Below, piece by piece: positions 63,774-64,000 of a DNA stretch of 64,000 nt (positions are counted from its first letter, which is position 1; each line of letters begins with the position of its first letter). The DNA comes from Bacillota bacterium. GTDB taxonomy: Bacteria > Bacillota > Sulfobacillia > Sulfobacillales > JAIMBI01. The notes beneath the pieces are model-generated. The model was not told the DNA's origin, ran no database searches, and saw only the letters and a program-made list of their open reading frames with translations. The stretch covers positions 5,128 through 69,127 of the forward strand of contig JAJYPH010000001.1 of assembly GCA_021795575.1 (NCBI GenBank). Direction: 5' to 3'. The position numbers and the translations under genes were made by a program.

Positions 63774-64000
63774 ATGCGCGTGCGGTACAACCCTATGGCC
63801 GTCGAGGCCAAGTGGCGGGAGCGCTGGGAGCAGGCGGGGGTCGGTGAGGTGGACCTGGACCAGGCACCGCGCCCGTTCTACAACCTGGTCATGTTCCCCT
63901 ATCCGTCGGCGGAAGGCCTGCACATTGGCAATGTGTTCGCCTACACGGGGGGCGACACGTACGGCCGCTACATGGCGCTTTTGGGGCACGACGTCTTTGA
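63774..64000 (+). CDS. leuS: leucine--tRNA ligase, 5' part (runs off the window)
   Basis: My translation: MRVRYNPMAVEAKWRERWEQAG..FYNLVMFPYPSAEGLHIGNVFAYTGGDTYGRYMALLGHDVF (HIGH-type motif). AGAGGAGG lies 9 nt before ATG 63774. Two further in-frame ATGs lie upstream. Confidence 0.85.
   Translation, partial: MRVRYNPMAVEAKWRERWEQAGVGEVDLDQAPRPFYNLVMFPYPSAEGLHIGNVFAYTGGDTYGRYMALLGHDVF

Noticed and set aside
1-64000. Scan for rRNA, tRNA, tmRNA, RNase P, SRP RNA, transposases, integrases and terminal inverted repeats of IS elements
   Set aside because: I could recognise no conserved cores (for example the GGTTCGAATCC-type T-arm, or the RNase P GAGGAAAGTCC) and no DDE or tyrosine-recombinase motifs in any frame. 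A by-eye scan is not exhaustive, so tRNAscan-SE, Infernal and ISfinder should confirm.

Overview
This is a very GC-rich bacterial chromosomal window: hand counts of typical lines give about 68-72% G+C. Coding is dense, SD sites are GGAGG-type, and many adjacent genes overlap by ATGA or GTGA. Gene content points to a thermophilic or acidophilic Gram-positive-type lineage (kumamolisin-like S53 protease, YerC/TrpR-like regulator, PucR regulator), but I cannot name the organism. Most long Arg/Pro/Gly-rich ORFs in the track are antisense artefacts of the high GC and are not called. Order of supported content:

- A 3'-truncated polytopic membrane protein.
- thiD-thiE-tenA.
- A frameshifted GNAT-toxin remnant.
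- A nucleotide-sugar block (membrane protein, galU, mannose-1-P guanylyltransferase, Pol-beta nucleotidyltransferase).
- Glyoxylate reductase plus glycolate oxidase glcE-glcF-glcD.
- A two-copy CRISPR-like repeat.
- A secreted S53 sedolisin.
- A stand-alone Arch-type ATPase.
- The histidine operon hisG-D-B-H-A-F-IE, separated from hisC and a TrpR-like gene by a two-domain lipoprotein.
- A YcaQ/AlkZ-like glycosylase.
- An 11-gene minus-strand operon with a divergent PucR regulator. It combines EutB-, EutC- and DoeA/EutD-like genes with an Ehu-like ABC importer, an M20 amidohydrolase, a Cys/Met-PLP enzyme, homoserine dehydrogenase and an ALDH.
- IsdG-like monooxygenase, ArsR-like regulator, orphan PqqB-like MBL, and phoU-deoC-Na/Pi transporter.
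- A low-GC (about 55%) orphan cassette of overlapping small ORFs with its own promoter.
- MFS transporter, and an ECF sigma with a membrane partner.
- A 234-nt duplication of the sigma 5' end and divergent promoter.
- P-loop kinase, MFS transporter, thioesterase, and an ArnE-like small transporter.
- A plus-strand operon: ADH, SCP2, ALDH, HAD, aldolase fusion, and a SPASM protein lacking the radical-SAM cysteines.
- A convergent MDR dehydrogenase plus alpha/beta hydrolase.
- The start of leuS.

I found no rRNA, tRNA, transposase or integrase. The best candidates for something new are the non-canonical ectoine-type catabolic island, the low-GC overlapping-ORF cassette, and the cysteine-less radical-SAM/SPASM homologue operon.
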